Below, piece by piece: positions 23,650-34,556 of a DNA stretch of 64,000 nucleotides. Position 1 is the first letter of the stretch; each line of letters begins with the position of its first letter. Both the position numbers and the translations under genes were made by a program. The notes under the pieces are model-generated. The model made no database searches and had not been told where the DNA came from. It worked only from the letters and a program-made list of their open reading frames with translations. Source of the DNA: Escherichia coli 042 (lineage in GTDB: Bacteria; Pseudomonadota; Gammaproteobacteria; Enterobacterales; Enterobacteriaceae); NCBI RefSeq assembly GCF_000027125.1, contig NC_017626.1. The stretch is one strand, 5' to 3'.

Positions 23650-24342
23650 TCAGAAGAAATACTTCGTCCCGATACGAATCTGGTTTTGCTCGCGGTGGTA
23701 CGGTTCGACATTACGATCTAACCAGCGTAATTCGAAATAAGGGAGCCAGTGTTCATTAATGCGATAACGGAAGGTGTTAGTGATTTCCCAGTGATGATCT
23801 TTTCCATTGCTGCTATTAAAGTCATTTACTCGCATGAAGTAATGTGGTTCAAATGTATAGGAGAATTTCTCGGTGATTTTAAAATTCCAGTAGGTGCCAA
23901 CTTCATAGGTGTCGTTATTATCCAATTCGCCGTTCAAATCTGTAGAGCTGTAATTATTATGGTTATAGCGATTACGCACCGTCAGGTTAAACCACGGAGT
24001 AAATTTGTAGTTAACATCCAGATAAACGGCACCACCCGAACCGATACTCTTGTCATTAATTAAGCCACCGGGCTGGATGGTTAATTTATCGGTTGGTTTA
24101 AATAAAGGATACCAACCTTCAATTTCATTATAGCCATGTTTGAGTTCATCTTCTCGCTGAAAGGTGTAGGTATTGGTTAACATAATACCCGCGCCCATAT
24201 CGAAGTTATAACCCACGCGTAGCATAACTTCGCCCTGATCGGAGGCGAGATTATATGCCTCCCTGTTTTCGACGTATGCGCCAGCAAATACCGAGGCAGA
24301 GGTCAGAGAGGATAATAGAATTATTGCATTAATCTTTTTCAT
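23650..24342 (-). CDS. ompL: Outer-membrane porin OmpL
   Basis: 230-aa product from MKKINAIILLSSLTSASVFA (signal peptide); C-terminal ...GTKYFF beta-barrel signature. Confidence 0.85.
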   Translation of the reverse strand: MKKINAIILLSSLTSASVFAGAYVENREAYNLASDQGEVMLRVGYNFDMGAGIMLTNTYTFQREDELKHGYNEIEGWYPLFKPTDKLTIQPGGLINDKSIGSGGAVYLDVNYKFTPWFNLTVRNRYNHNNYSSTDLNGELDNNDTYEVGTYWNFKITEKFSYTFEPHYFMRVNDFNSSNGKDHHWEITNTFRYRINEHWLPYFELRWLDRNVEPYHREQNQIRIGTKYFF

Positions 24343-24408
24343 AATAAGTCCATTTTTAAACGTAGGGAGGCCGCCACCCACCAGGATGGAAATAGCGGCT
24401 ATTGACAT

Positions 24409-25812
24409 TTATAACGTTACGGAAGCCGTTTTTTCTTCTGTCGCCATCTCTTTATTTTTGCGTTGGTTGATTTCCTCAATAATCAATGCAAACCGTTTTT
24501 CATTGAGTGTGTAAAAGAATCCCATCGTTAATGCAGCAATAATTGCCAGCGCACAAGGCCAGATAAAAATGAGCTGACGCAAACCCTGTAATGTCGCATC
24601 ACTTTGCGCGATGTTGGGAACATAACCGATTTGCGTCAGCATAATGCCTGGCAAGAAGCCAGCAAGTGCGGCAGAAATTTTACGAAAGAAGGTATAACCG
24701 GTATAAACAGAACCTTCGGCACGAATACCGGTTTTCCATTCACCGTAATCTACGGTATCTGGTACCAGCGCCCAGTTCAGGCTGTTCACAAAGGCCGTGC
24801 CAAAAAAGGCGACACAAGAGAACATGACAAAAGTGAAAGAGTTACTTCCCCAGAAATAATTCAGGATATCACCAACCGCCCATAGCACCATGCCAGCTAA
24901 ATAAACCTGTTTTTTACCAAAACATTTTACAGTTAATGGCACCAGTAATACGCCGACGAGGATACATCCCATACTGAAAAATCCCATCCACGACAATAAA
25001 TTAATATCATTCAGCACATATTGGGTGTAATAGACCTGAATCGCCAGTTTGATATTAAATGCCGCCAGGGTACACAGGTTAGCAATGCACAAAACCAGCA
25101 ATGGCGGATTACGAAATATCGCGCAAAAAGATTTGAGAATACTGGCTTTATGTCCGGTTGGCGCTGTGTCCACATAATGCTCTTTGACGCCTCTGTAGCA
25201 CAGCATCATAAAAATAAAGCCACCAATGGAGAACATCAGTGCCGCGCAGGCATAACCGACGGTGGAGTCAGAAAAAAGCGACTGCAACGGAATAAACGCC
25301 ACGGTACAAATCAATAGCCCTATGGTTGCACCACCCTGGCGGTAAGCCGCGAGCTGCGCGCGCTCATTCGGGTTTTTGGTAATGGCCGGGATCATCGCGC
25401 CATACGAGCAGTTCATCAGACTGTATGAAAGCCCAAACATCATAAACAGTGCTGTGGCAATCGTCGTTTTAACCGGCAAACTAAAAGTGGTGGCGATAAA
25501 CTGGAGCGTTGCAATTAACGCCGCCGGAACCGCTGCGTATAAAATAAACGGCCTGAACTTTCCTTTAGGCCCAATATTTTTCCGCGAATCGAGTAAAAAT
25601 CCGGTGAGCATATCGGTAAACGCGGTAAAAAACTTCGCCACCAGAAAGATAATCCCGCCATAGTAAGCAGGCATCCCTAATTCATCGGTATAAAATTTGA
25701 GGAGATACAGAGTGCCGATGCTAAGCATTAAATTCGAACCGACGTCGCCCATGCCATAGGCGATTTTTTCCCGCAGATTCAGTTTTAATGTCAGTGGATT
25801 ATGGTCAGACAT
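24409..25812 (-). CDS. yihO: GPH-family sugar:cation symporter YihO (sulfoquinovose cluster)
   Basis: 467-aa product MSDHNPLTLKLNLREKIAYG...; paralogous to yihP. Confidence 0.88.
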   Translation of the reverse strand: MSDHNPLTLKLNLREKIAYGMGDVGSNLMLSIGTLYLLKFYTDELGMPAYYGGIIFLVAKFFTAFTDMLTGFLLDSRKNIGPKGKFRPFILYAAVPAALIATLQFIATTFSLPVKTTIATALFMMFGLSYSLMNCSYGAMIPAITKNPNERAQLAAYRQGGATIGLLICTVAFIPLQSLFSDSTVGYACAALMFSIGGFIFMMLCYRGVKEHYVDTAPTGHKASILKSFCAIFRNPPLLVLCIANLCTLAAFNIKLAIQVYYTQYVLNDINLLSWMGFFSMGCILVGVLLVPLTVKCFGKKQVYLAGMVLWAVGDILNYFWGSNSFTFVMFSCVAFFGTAFVNSLNWALVPDTVDYGEWKTGIRAEGSVYTGYTFFRKISAALAGFLPGIMLTQIGYVPNIAQSDATLQGLRQLIFIWPCALAIIAALTMGFFYTLNEKRFALIIEEINQRKNKEMATEEKTASVTL

Positions 25813-25852
25813 AATCACTCCTTATAACGCCCCGCAGGGCGTTGTTTATTAT

Positions 25853-27238
25853 TTATTCCGTGCGTTTACGGGCTTCTATTTCTTCAACAATGCGGACGTA
25901 CATTTTCTCGTTCAGACTGTAGAAACAACCCATCGCAACAATGGTGACTACCGCCAGTGCGCTTGGGTAGATGAAGATCAGCTGGCGTAAACCTTCGATG
26001 GTATGGTCAGCCTGGGCGACGTTTGGCACATAGCCGATTTGCGTCAGCATCCAGCCTGGGAAGAAACCTGCCAGCGCCTGAGATACTTTGCGAAAGAAGG
26101 TGAAGCCGGTGTAGACCGTACCTTCCGAACGCACACCGGTGCGCCACTCGCCGTACTCGACGGTGTCGGAAACCAGCGCCCAGTTCAGGCTGTTAACAAA
26201 CGCCGAGCCGAAGAATGCCAGGCAGGAGAACGCCACAAAGCTGACCGAGCCGCCGCCGAAGAAATAGTTGAGCAGATCGCCCAGCACCCAAATCAGCAGG
26301 CCGCCGATATAGACCTTCTTCTTACCAAAACGTCTGACTGCGCCAGGCATCAGGAACACGCCGATGAAAATACAGCCCATGCTGAAAAATCCCATATACG
26401 ACAACAGGATGGGATCGTTAAGTACGTACTGGGTGTAATAGACCTGGATGGCGAGCTTGACGTTAAACGCCCCTAAAGTGCAGAGGTTGGCAATGCACAG
26501 AATGAACAGCGGGCGGTTACCGGCAATTGCGCGGAAAGATTGCAACAGGCCTGGCTTTTGCGCCGGATTGGTAGGTTGGGTTTCGACATAACGCTCTTTC
26601 ACGCCCGAGTAGCAGATCCACATAAACAGCAGGCCGAACAGTGAAAACAGCGTGGCAGCGAAGATATAGCCAATTTGCTGATTACCTTCGATAAGATTCA
26701 TAACCGGCACGAATCCCACCGTACACAGCAGTAAGCCCAATGTAGCGCCACCCTGACGCCATGCTGCCAGCGATGCGCGTTCGTTGGGGTTTTTGGTAAT
26801 AGCGGGGACCATTGCGCCGTAGGAGCAGTTCATCATGCTGAAAAACAGCCCGTAGAGCATAAACAGAATAGTGGCCATCACCGTTTTACCGGTGACATCA
26901 AACGGTGTGCCGACAAAGTTGGCGATCGCCAGCAGAGTGACCGGGAATGATGCATACAGAATAAAAGGGCGGAATTTGCCTTTTGGACCGATCTTGCGCC
27001 GGGAATCGAGCATGATGCCGGTACCCATATCGGTAAAGGCGGTAAAGAATTTCGAGATCAAAAAGATAATGCCGCCATAGGTGCCGGGCAGCCCCAGAAC
27101 GTCGGTATAAAACTTCAAAAGATAAAGCGTGCCGATATCCAGCAGGATGTTAGAGGCCAGATCGCCGATACCGTAAGAGAGTTTCTCTTTAAAGGGCAGA
27201 CGTAAAGTAGCCGGATCTTCCGTTGTGATGTGACTCAT
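25853..27238 (-). CDS. yihP: GPH-family sugar:cation symporter YihP (sulfoquinovose cluster)
   Basis: Product from MSHITTEDPATLRLPFKEKLSYG; paralog of yihO. Confidence 0.88.
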   Translation of the reverse strand: MSHITTEDPATLRLPFKEKLSYGIGDLASNILLDIGTLYLLKFYTDVLGLPGTYGGIIFLISKFFTAFTDMGTGIMLDSRRKIGPKGKFRPFILYASFPVTLLAIANFVGTPFDVTGKTVMATILFMLYGLFFSMMNCSYGAMVPAITKNPNERASLAAWRQGGATLGLLLCTVGFVPVMNLIEGNQQIGYIFAATLFSLFGLLFMWICYSGVKERYVETQPTNPAQKPGLLQSFRAIAGNRPLFILCIANLCTLGAFNVKLAIQVYYTQYVLNDPILLSYMGFFSMGCIFIGVFLMPGAVRRFGKKKVYIGGLLIWVLGDLLNYFFGGGSVSFVAFSCLAFFGSAFVNSLNWALVSDTVEYGEWRTGVRSEGTVYTGFTFFRKVSQALAGFFPGWMLTQIGYVPNVAQADHTIEGLRQLIFIYPSALAVVTIVAMGCFYSLNEKMYVRIVEEIEARKRTE

Positions 27239-27283
27239 CGTTGTTCTCCCTTTGCCCGTGAGTTTCCCCACGGGCGGACGTGA

Positions 27284-29320
27284 TTAGATGCTTTTTAACG
27301 ACGCGAACAGTGCCGCCCATTCGCTATCGGCGCGATAAAAGACCGGCGGTTTACCGATGGGCGCATTAACGGTCACTTCCCCGCCCCGGAACGCTTCACC
27401 TGTCCAGGCGTGGACCCAGTTATCCTCCGGAAGATAGAGCGTCCAGTCGCTACGGCCTTGTTCATGCACCGGAGCGACCAGAATGTCGCGGCCTAACAGG
27501 TACTGATATTTCAGGGTGTAGGTCTGCGCATCGTCTTCGTAATGCAGGAACAGCGGGCGCATAACCGGCAGGCCGGACTTCGCATTCAGCGCGACGGCCT
27601 CTTTCAGGTAAGGTTTCAGGGTGGTGAAGACGGTGGTCATACGGGCAAAATGGGCAATAGTTTCCGCGTCGCCGTCAAACTGCCAGTTGTCGCCCGGGCG
27701 GTTGCCTTCGTGGGTGCGCATCATCGGCGTGAAGGCGCTGAAATCACACCAGCGCAGCAGCAGCTCTTTGCTACGCTTCATCTCAAACAGGGTGGTATAA
27801 CCGCCAATGTCACTGTGATGCAAACCATGTCCGGTCATTGCCAGCGACAGCGCTGCCGGGACGACCGACGCCAGGCCATCGTCGAGACTCCAGTCGACGT
27901 TCTGGTCGCCCGCCCACATCATAGTGGAGTATTTCTGGCTATCGGTAGAACCGGCGCGCATAAAGAAAAGGATCTCGCCAAGCTTGTCCGTTTCTTCAAG
28001 GGCTTCGTAGTTACATTTCGCCCACAGTGCGGGCCAGGCGTTATGCATAATTTCCGCGCTGACGCCGTTATGCAGGTAAGTGTCGGTGGGCAGATACTCG
28101 CCGAAGTCAGCCATCCAGCCGCCGCAGCCGAGTTCAATCATGTTCTTTTTGATCACTTCCTTGAACCAGGCGTAGGCTTCCGGATTAGTGAGATCGACAA
28201 CGCCGCCGTAAAACTCGCCAAACTCCACCAGATAGTCACCGCCAGAGGCATCTTTTGCCAGATAGCCGTGTTGTGCCGCTTCTTCGCAGAGATCTTTATC
28301 GCTGGCGACATATGGGTTGATATAGGCCAGGAACTGAACGCCCTCTTTGTTCCACTGCTTAATACGTGAGTCCAGTTGCGGATAGTTTTCGCTGTTCCAC
28401 TTCCAGTTCCACATTACGCGTTTGCCAAAAGAGGTCATACGGATCCCGGACCAGTCCTGCGCCCAGATACCGTTAACCTTCACACCCGCGTTACGCATGG
28501 TGTCCAGTTTCTTCTGACACACTTCCGTCCCACCCTGAATGCCGAGCGTTACCCCGTCATAAATCCAGTCGGGCAGTTCTGGCTGGCGTCCCAGCAGGGC
28601 AGTTAATTTTTCCAGCAGGGAGATGTATGTGTCAGCACATTCAAAACGTAGCGTAGCTTTGTCTTCCCACAGCGCCAGTTCATGGTATTCCGGGGCGCTA
28701 AAGTCGAAGTTCATGTAGCAACTGTTATCAACATGGCAGTAATACTTCTGCGTGCTGACAAACGTAGGCTGTGGGAAGAAAGTCCAGTAATAGTCGCCGC
28801 CCGCATTTTCTTTGCAGTCGGCCTGCCAGGTGACATAGGTTTGTTTGTTGCGACCAACGCCTTGTTCACTGGTCCATAGCGGGAACGGTTTGCCGCGCAG
28901 ATCGAAGTAGGAAAACTGTTCGCCGCAGCCGTAGATATGGTCCTCTGGTTGAGCGGCAAGGCGCAGCCAGATGCGGTTGTGGTTAAGGTTGTCGTTTTGT
29001 AGTTCCAGCAATAAACGGCCCTGATCGTCAGCAGAGATACGCAGCGTGGCGCTAATGTCAGAACCACGGCTGAAATGGATTAACCAACCATCCGGTGACT
29101 GGCTGACGATGGCGTCGGTAAGCGCAATTTTCTCCTGTAGTTTATCTTTAATGCTGAAATTGCCGCGGAACATATCGATATCCGCAATACCTGAACCAAT
29201 CCATAAACAAGGATTATCTTTGCTATGGGTTAAAATAAGACGCTGTTGAAAATGTAGGGTAAAACTGTCGTTATTCTGATGAAACTGAAAATCTGGTAAT
29301 TGTGGGCGTGGCGTATCCAT
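27284..29320 (-). CDS. yihQ: Sulfoquinovosidase (GH31 alpha-glycosidase) YihQ
   Basis: 678-aa ORF with GH31-like WAQDWSG/WMADFGE motifs. Confidence 0.9.
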   Translation of the reverse strand: MDTPRPQLPDFQFHQNNDSFTLHFQQRLILTHSKDNPCLWIGSGIADIDMFRGNFSIKDKLQEKIALTDAIVSQSPDGWLIHFSRGSDISATLRISADDQGRLLLELQNDNLNHNRIWLRLAAQPEDHIYGCGEQFSYFDLRGKPFPLWTSEQGVGRNKQTYVTWQADCKENAGGDYYWTFFPQPTFVSTQKYYCHVDNSCYMNFDFSAPEYHELALWEDKATLRFECADTYISLLEKLTALLGRQPELPDWIYDGVTLGIQGGTEVCQKKLDTMRNAGVKVNGIWAQDWSGIRMTSFGKRVMWNWKWNSENYPQLDSRIKQWNKEGVQFLAYINPYVASDKDLCEEAAQHGYLAKDASGGDYLVEFGEFYGGVVDLTNPEAYAWFKEVIKKNMIELGCGGWMADFGEYLPTDTYLHNGVSAEIMHNAWPALWAKCNYEALEETDKLGEILFFMRAGSTDSQKYSTMMWAGDQNVDWSLDDGLASVVPAALSLAMTGHGLHHSDIGGYTTLFEMKRSKELLLRWCDFSAFTPMMRTHEGNRPGDNWQFDGDAETIAHFARMTTVFTTLKPYLKEAVALNAKSGLPVMRPLFLHYEDDAQTYTLKYQYLLGRDILVAPVHEQGRSDWTLYLPEDNWVHAWTGEAFRGGEVTVNAPIGKPPVFYRADSEWAALFASLKSI

Positions 29321-29427
29321 AAATAATCTCCATAGAGTATAAAGCTAATATTTCATGCCATCCTGTTGTTACAGGTTTCATTAATTAAAGAATGTGTGCG
29401 GGTATAAATTAAAACCCGCATAAGTGA

Positions 29428-30303
29428 TTATTTACTTTCTTCAGCCCGGCGGATTGCCGCCACTTTTTTACCAAATGCCAGTTGCAGTATAACTAACAAG
29501 GTAAACGGAGGCAGAAGTGCGGCAGCGGCGGGAATTCCCAGTGCGCCTTTTATCAACATAGAACCGGAGGCAATCAGCAACAAAAAGACCATCACACGGA
29601 ACACTTTGACTGAAATGCGTTTATGCACATATTGTCCAACCAGTGAACCGAGGATCATGGTGGGAATACAAAACAGCACCAGTTTAAAGATAGAAACAGT
29701 CAAAATTCCGCTGGTCGCCAGCCCGCCGATCACCGCGATGTTGTTTGCGGTGAAGAAAGCGTTCAGAGTGCCACGAAATGCCGCCGGGCCTAAGTTACGC
29801 AGCATACCGTAGATAACCATCGGCGGTCCGTTGGTTGAGAACGCCGCGCCTAATGCGCCAGCTACTGCGCCGATAGGTGCGGCGATCCAGTTACGGTCAT
29901 AAATCGGCAGGCGAGGAATAAACATGCTGTAAAACGAGTAAAGGATAAGGAATCCGCCTAAGCCCACTTTCATAAAATGGTCGGGTAAATACGACAGCGC
30001 ATATAAACCGACGGGTATTCCCAGAAACGAGAAAATAATCAGTACCATTGCCGATCGCCAATCCGTTTCTTTACGTGACAGCCAGGTGGCGTACAAGGCG
30101 GTCGCGGTGCCGACAATCACCGAGAGCGGAGTTGCCATTTTTACGGGGAGCATTAACGTGACGAGCGGCATAGTGGTTAAACCACCGCCAAATCCCGCGC
30201 ATATCCCCACAAAGGTATAAAGAAACATTAACGCGATAACGATACATACCACGCTTGTTTCCACCATGGCCCCATCCGGCGAAAATAACGTAAAAAAGTC
30301 CAT
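29428..30303 (-). CDS. TSUP (TauE/SafE, DUF81)-family anion permease; candidate sulfonate/sulfite exporter
   Basis: 291-aa polytopic membrane protein with two glycine-rich TSUP repeats (AGFGGGLTTMPL; GAVAGALGAAFSTNGPPM); co-directional between yihQ and yihR. Confidence 0.7.
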   Translation of the reverse strand: MDFFTLFSPDGAMVETSVVCIVIALMFLYTFVGICAGFGGGLTTMPLVTLMLPVKMATPLSVIVGTATALYATWLSRKETDWRSAMVLIIFSFLGIPVGLYALSYLPDHFMKVGLGGFLILYSFYSMFIPRLPIYDRNWIAAPIGAVAGALGAAFSTNGPPMVIYGMLRNLGPAAFRGTLNAFFTANNIAVIGGLATSGILTVSIFKLVLFCIPTMILGSLVGQYVHKRISVKVFRVMVFLLLIASGSMLIKGALGIPAAAALLPPFTLLVILQLAFGKKVAAIRRAEESK

Positions 30304-30363
30304 AATATTTCCTGTTGTGTAAATACAACCCTAAACAATGATCTCGTTCTTTTCTTAATAAAA

Positions 30364-31275
30364 TTAATTGTGCTGCCCGTGAATATTAAAAAACAGGCGG
30401 TGCGTTTTTCCTGGTTCCAGTAATAATAAGTCGATACCTGAATTAAAGGCGTTAGGCGGGCAACTCATAGGTTCAACTGCCAGTCCCTGACGCTGTAATT
30501 TTTCACCGCTATAAACCTGCACCCAGGGTTGATCGGAACAGAGGCTCACCGAAAGCGCCTGTTGTGGATGGGTAATGGTTATTTCCCACAGATCATTAGC
30601 GGTTTTAAAGGTATGGTCTATTTTTGTCGCGGCTATTTTTGTCGCCCGCGTGAAATTTAAATTCAGCTCATCAACGTGGTGAAGCGTTGTCGGATTTGCG
30701 TGCTCATCGACGGCATAAACCTGTTCTGCCGGAAGCTGGAAAAGATAGTCATCAACAGATGTTAAGTTGCAGGTTAAATAAGGATGAATACCCACACCAT
30801 AAGGTGCGGTCACAGTACCAATATTCTGGCTTGCGATCTCAACGGAAAGGCCCGTGCGAGCGTTGAGCGAATAAACAACCTGCGAAGCCAGCATAAACGG
30901 ATAGCCGTAACTGGGCGGCAGAAAAGCTGTCAGGGTAACGCTGGTGGCGGTTAATTCGCTAATTTGCCAGTCACGCCAGGCAAGCAGCCCGTGAATAGCG
31001 GCTTTTGAACTATGTTCATTAATGGGTAACTGATAGTCCTGCCCCTGATAGCGGTAACAGCCGTTGGCGATCCGGTTCGGCCACGGAATAAGCACTTTAC
31101 CCAGATGCGCCAGCGGCATCTCTTCGGGTTTGTGCGGGATGACTAAATGACAACCCTGAAAGGTTAATTCAGCCAGACCAGCACCAACCGTCACGATAGT
31201 CGCGTGATAATCCCCCGCGGCAAGTGAAACGGTTTGTCCACTGCAATGCATGTTGGTGATTTGCATACGAGGCAC
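30364..31275 (-). CDS. yihR: Aldose-1-epimerase-family mutarotase YihR
   Basis: 303-aa ORF in expected position. Confidence 0.85.
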   Translation of the reverse strand: MPRMQITNMHCSGQTVSLAAGDYHATIVTVGAGLAELTFQGCHLVIPHKPEEMPLAHLGKVLIPWPNRIANGCYRYQGQDYQLPINEHSSKAAIHGLLAWRDWQISELTATSVTLTAFLPPSYGYPFMLASQVVYSLNARTGLSVEIASQNIGTVTAPYGVGIHPYLTCNLTSVDDYLFQLPAEQVYAVDEHANPTTLHHVDELNLNFTRATKIAATKIDHTFKTANDLWEITITHPQQALSVSLCSDQPWVQVYSGEKLQRQGLAVEPMSCPPNAFNSGIDLLLLEPGKTHRLFFNIHGQHN

Positions 31276-31333
31276 CTTTATTGAATAACGACATACCCGG
31301 CATGTAGCCTGATATGCCGTTATTTCAGCTCAG

Positions 31334-32575
31334 TTATTTCGCGTTAATGTCCAGCAGGCCTGCGGCAACAGCCGGTGCCAGACCAGGGGCTAACGGGATA
31401 CGCGGGATCACCAGGCAATGCAGCAGGTGATAAATATCCTGTTTGCCGTCCCAGACTTTCGTGGTGACTTTATTGTCCGCATCCAGCTCCTGCCACCAGG
31501 AACCATTTTCATAGTCCATCAGGTACTTAATGCAGTAGTCCCACCATGTCTGATACCAGGTTTCATACTGGCGATCGCCGGTGACGGTGTAGAGCGCGTA
31601 AGCCGTACCCATCGCTTCGACGATAGGCCAACGCACACGTTCGCGAACCACCGGTTTGCCTTCCCAGTCAACGGTATAAACAATCCCGTCCGCGCCATCG
31701 GGTGCCCAGGCATCGCGCACGGTGGCGTTAAATAGACCTTTGGCATCTTCTAGCAGCCAGGCAGGCGGCTGTTCACAACGGGCTTCCAGGGCCGCGTGGA
31801 TGTGCAGCATTAAACGGCCCCATTCGATCCAGTGGCCCGGCGTGCCACCGAATGCGCGGAAGCGGTGCGCCGGGTTATCTTTGTTGTAATCCGGCAGCGG
31901 ATTCCACTGGGTATCGAAGTGCTCGTTAACGCGATAATGATTATTTCTGGCGACGTCGTGGATAATCACGGAAGCCACGCGAATCGCGCGATCCAGCCAT
32001 TTTTTGTCGTGCGTTACGTCATAAACAATCAGGAAGGCTTCCACCGCGTGCATGTTGGCATTGCCGCCGCGGTACTCTTCGGTTTTGCTGAAGGCTTCGT
32101 CCCACGACTCCAGGCACATCTGCTCTTCTTCACTCCAGAAATATTTTTCAATAATTTCAATGGTGTAATCGAGCAGCTTGCGTGCTTCCGGGTGACCGGT
32201 AGTGACGGCACTGGCGGCACCCAGCAGAGCAAAGAAGTGTTGATAGCCTTGTTTGGAGGCATCCACCACGCCCTCGTCATTCACGCAGGCATACCAGCCG
32301 CCATATTTTTTATCGCGCAGTGCGCCATTCATGGCTTTGATACCGTGATCAACCAACGAGTAAGCGCCAGGGCGGCCCATCGCCGCAGCAACGGAATAAA
32401 CGTGCAGCATACGGGCGGTGATCCACAGATGCGTGCCCATCTCTTCTTTGATTTGCCCTTTATTGCCCAGCCAGCCAAAGCCAGTCGGCACTACGGCATT
32501 CTTACCAAAATCAAAGATGCGATCGGTTTCCTGTTCCAGCCAGCGGTTGTGACTTAAGGTGTTAAACCATTTCAT
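31334..32575 (-). CDS. yihS: Sulfoquinovose isomerase YihS
   Basis: 413-aa ORF; N-acylglucosamine 2-epimerase-like fold. Confidence 0.9.
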   Translation of the reverse strand: MKWFNTLSHNRWLEQETDRIFDFGKNAVVPTGFGWLGNKGQIKEEMGTHLWITARMLHVYSVAAAMGRPGAYSLVDHGIKAMNGALRDKKYGGWYACVNDEGVVDASKQGYQHFFALLGAASAVTTGHPEARKLLDYTIEIIEKYFWSEEEQMCLESWDEAFSKTEEYRGGNANMHAVEAFLIVYDVTHDKKWLDRAIRVASVIIHDVARNNHYRVNEHFDTQWNPLPDYNKDNPAHRFRAFGGTPGHWIEWGRLMLHIHAALEARCEQPPAWLLEDAKGLFNATVRDAWAPDGADGIVYTVDWEGKPVVRERVRWPIVEAMGTAYALYTVTGDRQYETWYQTWWDYCIKYLMDYENGSWWQELDADNKVTTKVWDGKQDIYHLLHCLVIPRIPLAPGLAPAVAAGLLDINAK

Positions 32576-32590
32576 TTTTGTATCCCCATC

Positions 32591-33469
32591 TTAACGGCGT
32601 TTAGCCATCATTTCGTCGACGATATCGCCAAGTTGTTGTAATTTCGGTGCGCAAACGTCACGCAGCATCAGCTCGTTGTCTGGTAAACCGACAACCGATG
32701 CCCAGACGGCACGACCAGCCAGGAAGCCCGATGCACCCGCTGTCATTGCCACGCGTACGGCACGCGGGAACAGTTTTTCGTCGACACCGGAAGAAAGTAT
32801 CACCCACGGCATATTGATATGGTCATTCAGACGTTGTGAAGCACTGAGAAGCTCTTGTTGCGGACCTTTACCGTAAAGCGGCATTTCAACTTTGTAGAGG
32901 TCAGCGCCACTGTCGCCCAGCTCTTTGGCAGCATCGATGATCGCTTGTTCGCGATCGAATTTATCGCCACGACGTGGTGGGCGGACGACTGGCTCAATAA
33001 TGCTTACCAGGCCGTGTGAGTGGCACAGTTCGTTAAACTCTTTCACCATATCCAGACGTTGCTGCGCATCTTCATCACTACGCCACAGCACCAGCAGTTT
33101 TAAGGCTTTGCCACCGTCTTGTTTGATTTGTAGCGGATTGATTTTGCGGTCAATGACCACGCTATCTACCGGAATACCGTTGCCAGGAATGAACTCATCG
33201 GCGGCGACAATCATGGCGCAACTTTTGGCAATCGCGTTTTGCTCAACCACCTGGCGGTAACAGAATTGTTGATCTACCAGAATCGCCGAGGCATAAGGCG
33301 AGAGGGTCTTCGCCGCGTTAACTTTGAAATCAGTTAAAACGCTATCGGCTACCGGAGCGGGTGCGCCAGCCGCAGCAAACATCATGCGCATGGCTTCGCG
33401 CTGATCGACCGCCAGCATGGCAAAACCGCCCGATGCGCGCGTAATGTCGTTGATGGTGTACTTATTCAT
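32591..33469 (-). CDS. yihT: 6-deoxy-6-sulfofructose-1-phosphate aldolase YihT
   Basis: 292-aa ORF; class I aldolase-like. Confidence 0.9.
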   Translation of the reverse strand: MNKYTINDITRASGGFAMLAVDQREAMRMMFAAAGAPAPVADSVLTDFKVNAAKTLSPYASAILVDQQFCYRQVVEQNAIAKSCAMIVAADEFIPGNGIPVDSVVIDRKINPLQIKQDGGKALKLLVLWRSDEDAQQRLDMVKEFNELCHSHGLVSIIEPVVRPPRRGDKFDREQAIIDAAKELGDSGADLYKVEMPLYGKGPQQELLSASQRLNDHINMPWVILSSGVDEKLFPRAVRVAMTAGASGFLAGRAVWASVVGLPDNELMLRDVCAPKLQQLGDIVDEMMAKRR

Positions 33470-33492
33470 TCATTTATTCCTTTATCCAGTCG

Positions 33493-34389
33493 TTACATTT
33501 TTACTTTGGCAGTCATCCCGGCACTGACACGGACCTGTTCCAGAATGGCGGACCAGTCCTGGCGACCGCGACCCGCTGCGCGCGCCTGGCTATAAACCTC
33601 CCGTGAGGCGGCCCCCAGCGGCATTGGCACATGCAGCTGGTTGGCGACATCAAGGGCGATACCAAGATCCTTATGGGCAAGATCGATCATGAAGGCGGGA
33701 GAAAGATCCCCGCTGAGGACTTTGTTTGGCCAGGAAGTGGTGAAGTGGCCTTTACCGGCGGCGGTGCCGCTCATCACCTTGACGGCAACATCGAAGGGAA
33801 GATTCAGGGCTTCGCACAAAACGGCGGCTTCTGCCGAAAGCGCATTGAGCGCGATGCTCATGTAGTTGTTGATGAGCTTAACGCGGATCCCCATGCCCGG
33901 GCCGCCCGCGTTGATCAACTCACTGCCCATCGCCATCAGGATCGGTGTGGCGCGTTCAACTTGTTCAGCGGTGCCGCCAGCCAGCAGTAACAGAGTACCG
34001 GTAATGGCATTGGCGGAAGTACGGCCTACCGGAACATCCATCATGCTGAAGCCTTTGGCTTGCATATCGGCAATCAATTTATCGGTTTGCAGCGGATGGA
34101 TGGTCGACATATCGATGACCAGCGCATCGGTAGATAAGCTTTCGCAAACGCCGTTTTCACCGAACAACACGCTGCGCACCAGATCGCCATTCGGCAACAT
34201 GGTAATGATAAATTCGGCATCTTTAGCGGCCTGCGCCGGGTTGGCGGCGGGAGTCGCACCTTTGTCTACCAGATGCCGCACAGCTTCGGCGTTCACATCA
34301 AAGACGCGAAGTTGATGCCCTTGCTGCAATAAATTGCTCGCCATTGGCGAACCCATTTGTCCTAAACCGATAAACGCGATTGCTGCCAT
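33493..34389 (-). CDS. yihU: 3-sulfolactaldehyde reductase YihU
   Basis: 298-aa ORF; N-terminal Rossmann motif [10 protein letters not shown]. Confidence 0.9.
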   Translation of the reverse strand: MAAIAFIGLGQMGSPMASNLLQQGHQLRVFDVNAEAVRHLVDKGATPAANPAQAAKDAEFIITMLPNGDLVRSVLFGENGVCESLSTDALVIDMSTIHPLQTDKLIADMQAKGFSMMDVPVGRTSANAITGTLLLLAGGTAEQVERATPILMAMGSELINAGGPGMGIRVKLINNYMSIALNALSAEAAVLCEALNLPFDVAVKVMSGTAAGKGHFTTSWPNKVLSGDLSPAFMIDLAHKDLGIALDVANQLHVPMPLGAASREVYSQARAAGRGRQDWSAILEQVRVSAGMTAKVKM

Positions 34390-34556
34390 AACCCTCTCCT
34401 GAATACAGTGATGTCACTTTTTGTCATTTATGACATGCTTTGCTTGTCTGTTTTTGATCGTATTTGTAATTTATCGTCAAAAAATTGACAGCCGTCACTT
34501 TTTAAACAATTGGTAAAATTAAAATGAACGCATCCCAAAATGCTTAAGGAATGACC

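Noticed and set aside
27542-28369. 275-aa plus-strand ORF antisense to yihQ
   Set aside because: Embedded in the GH31 glycosidase gene on the opposite strand; no independent signals.
31832-32557. 241-aa plus-strand ORF antisense to yihS
   Set aside because: Embedded in yihS; the translation lacks recognisable features.
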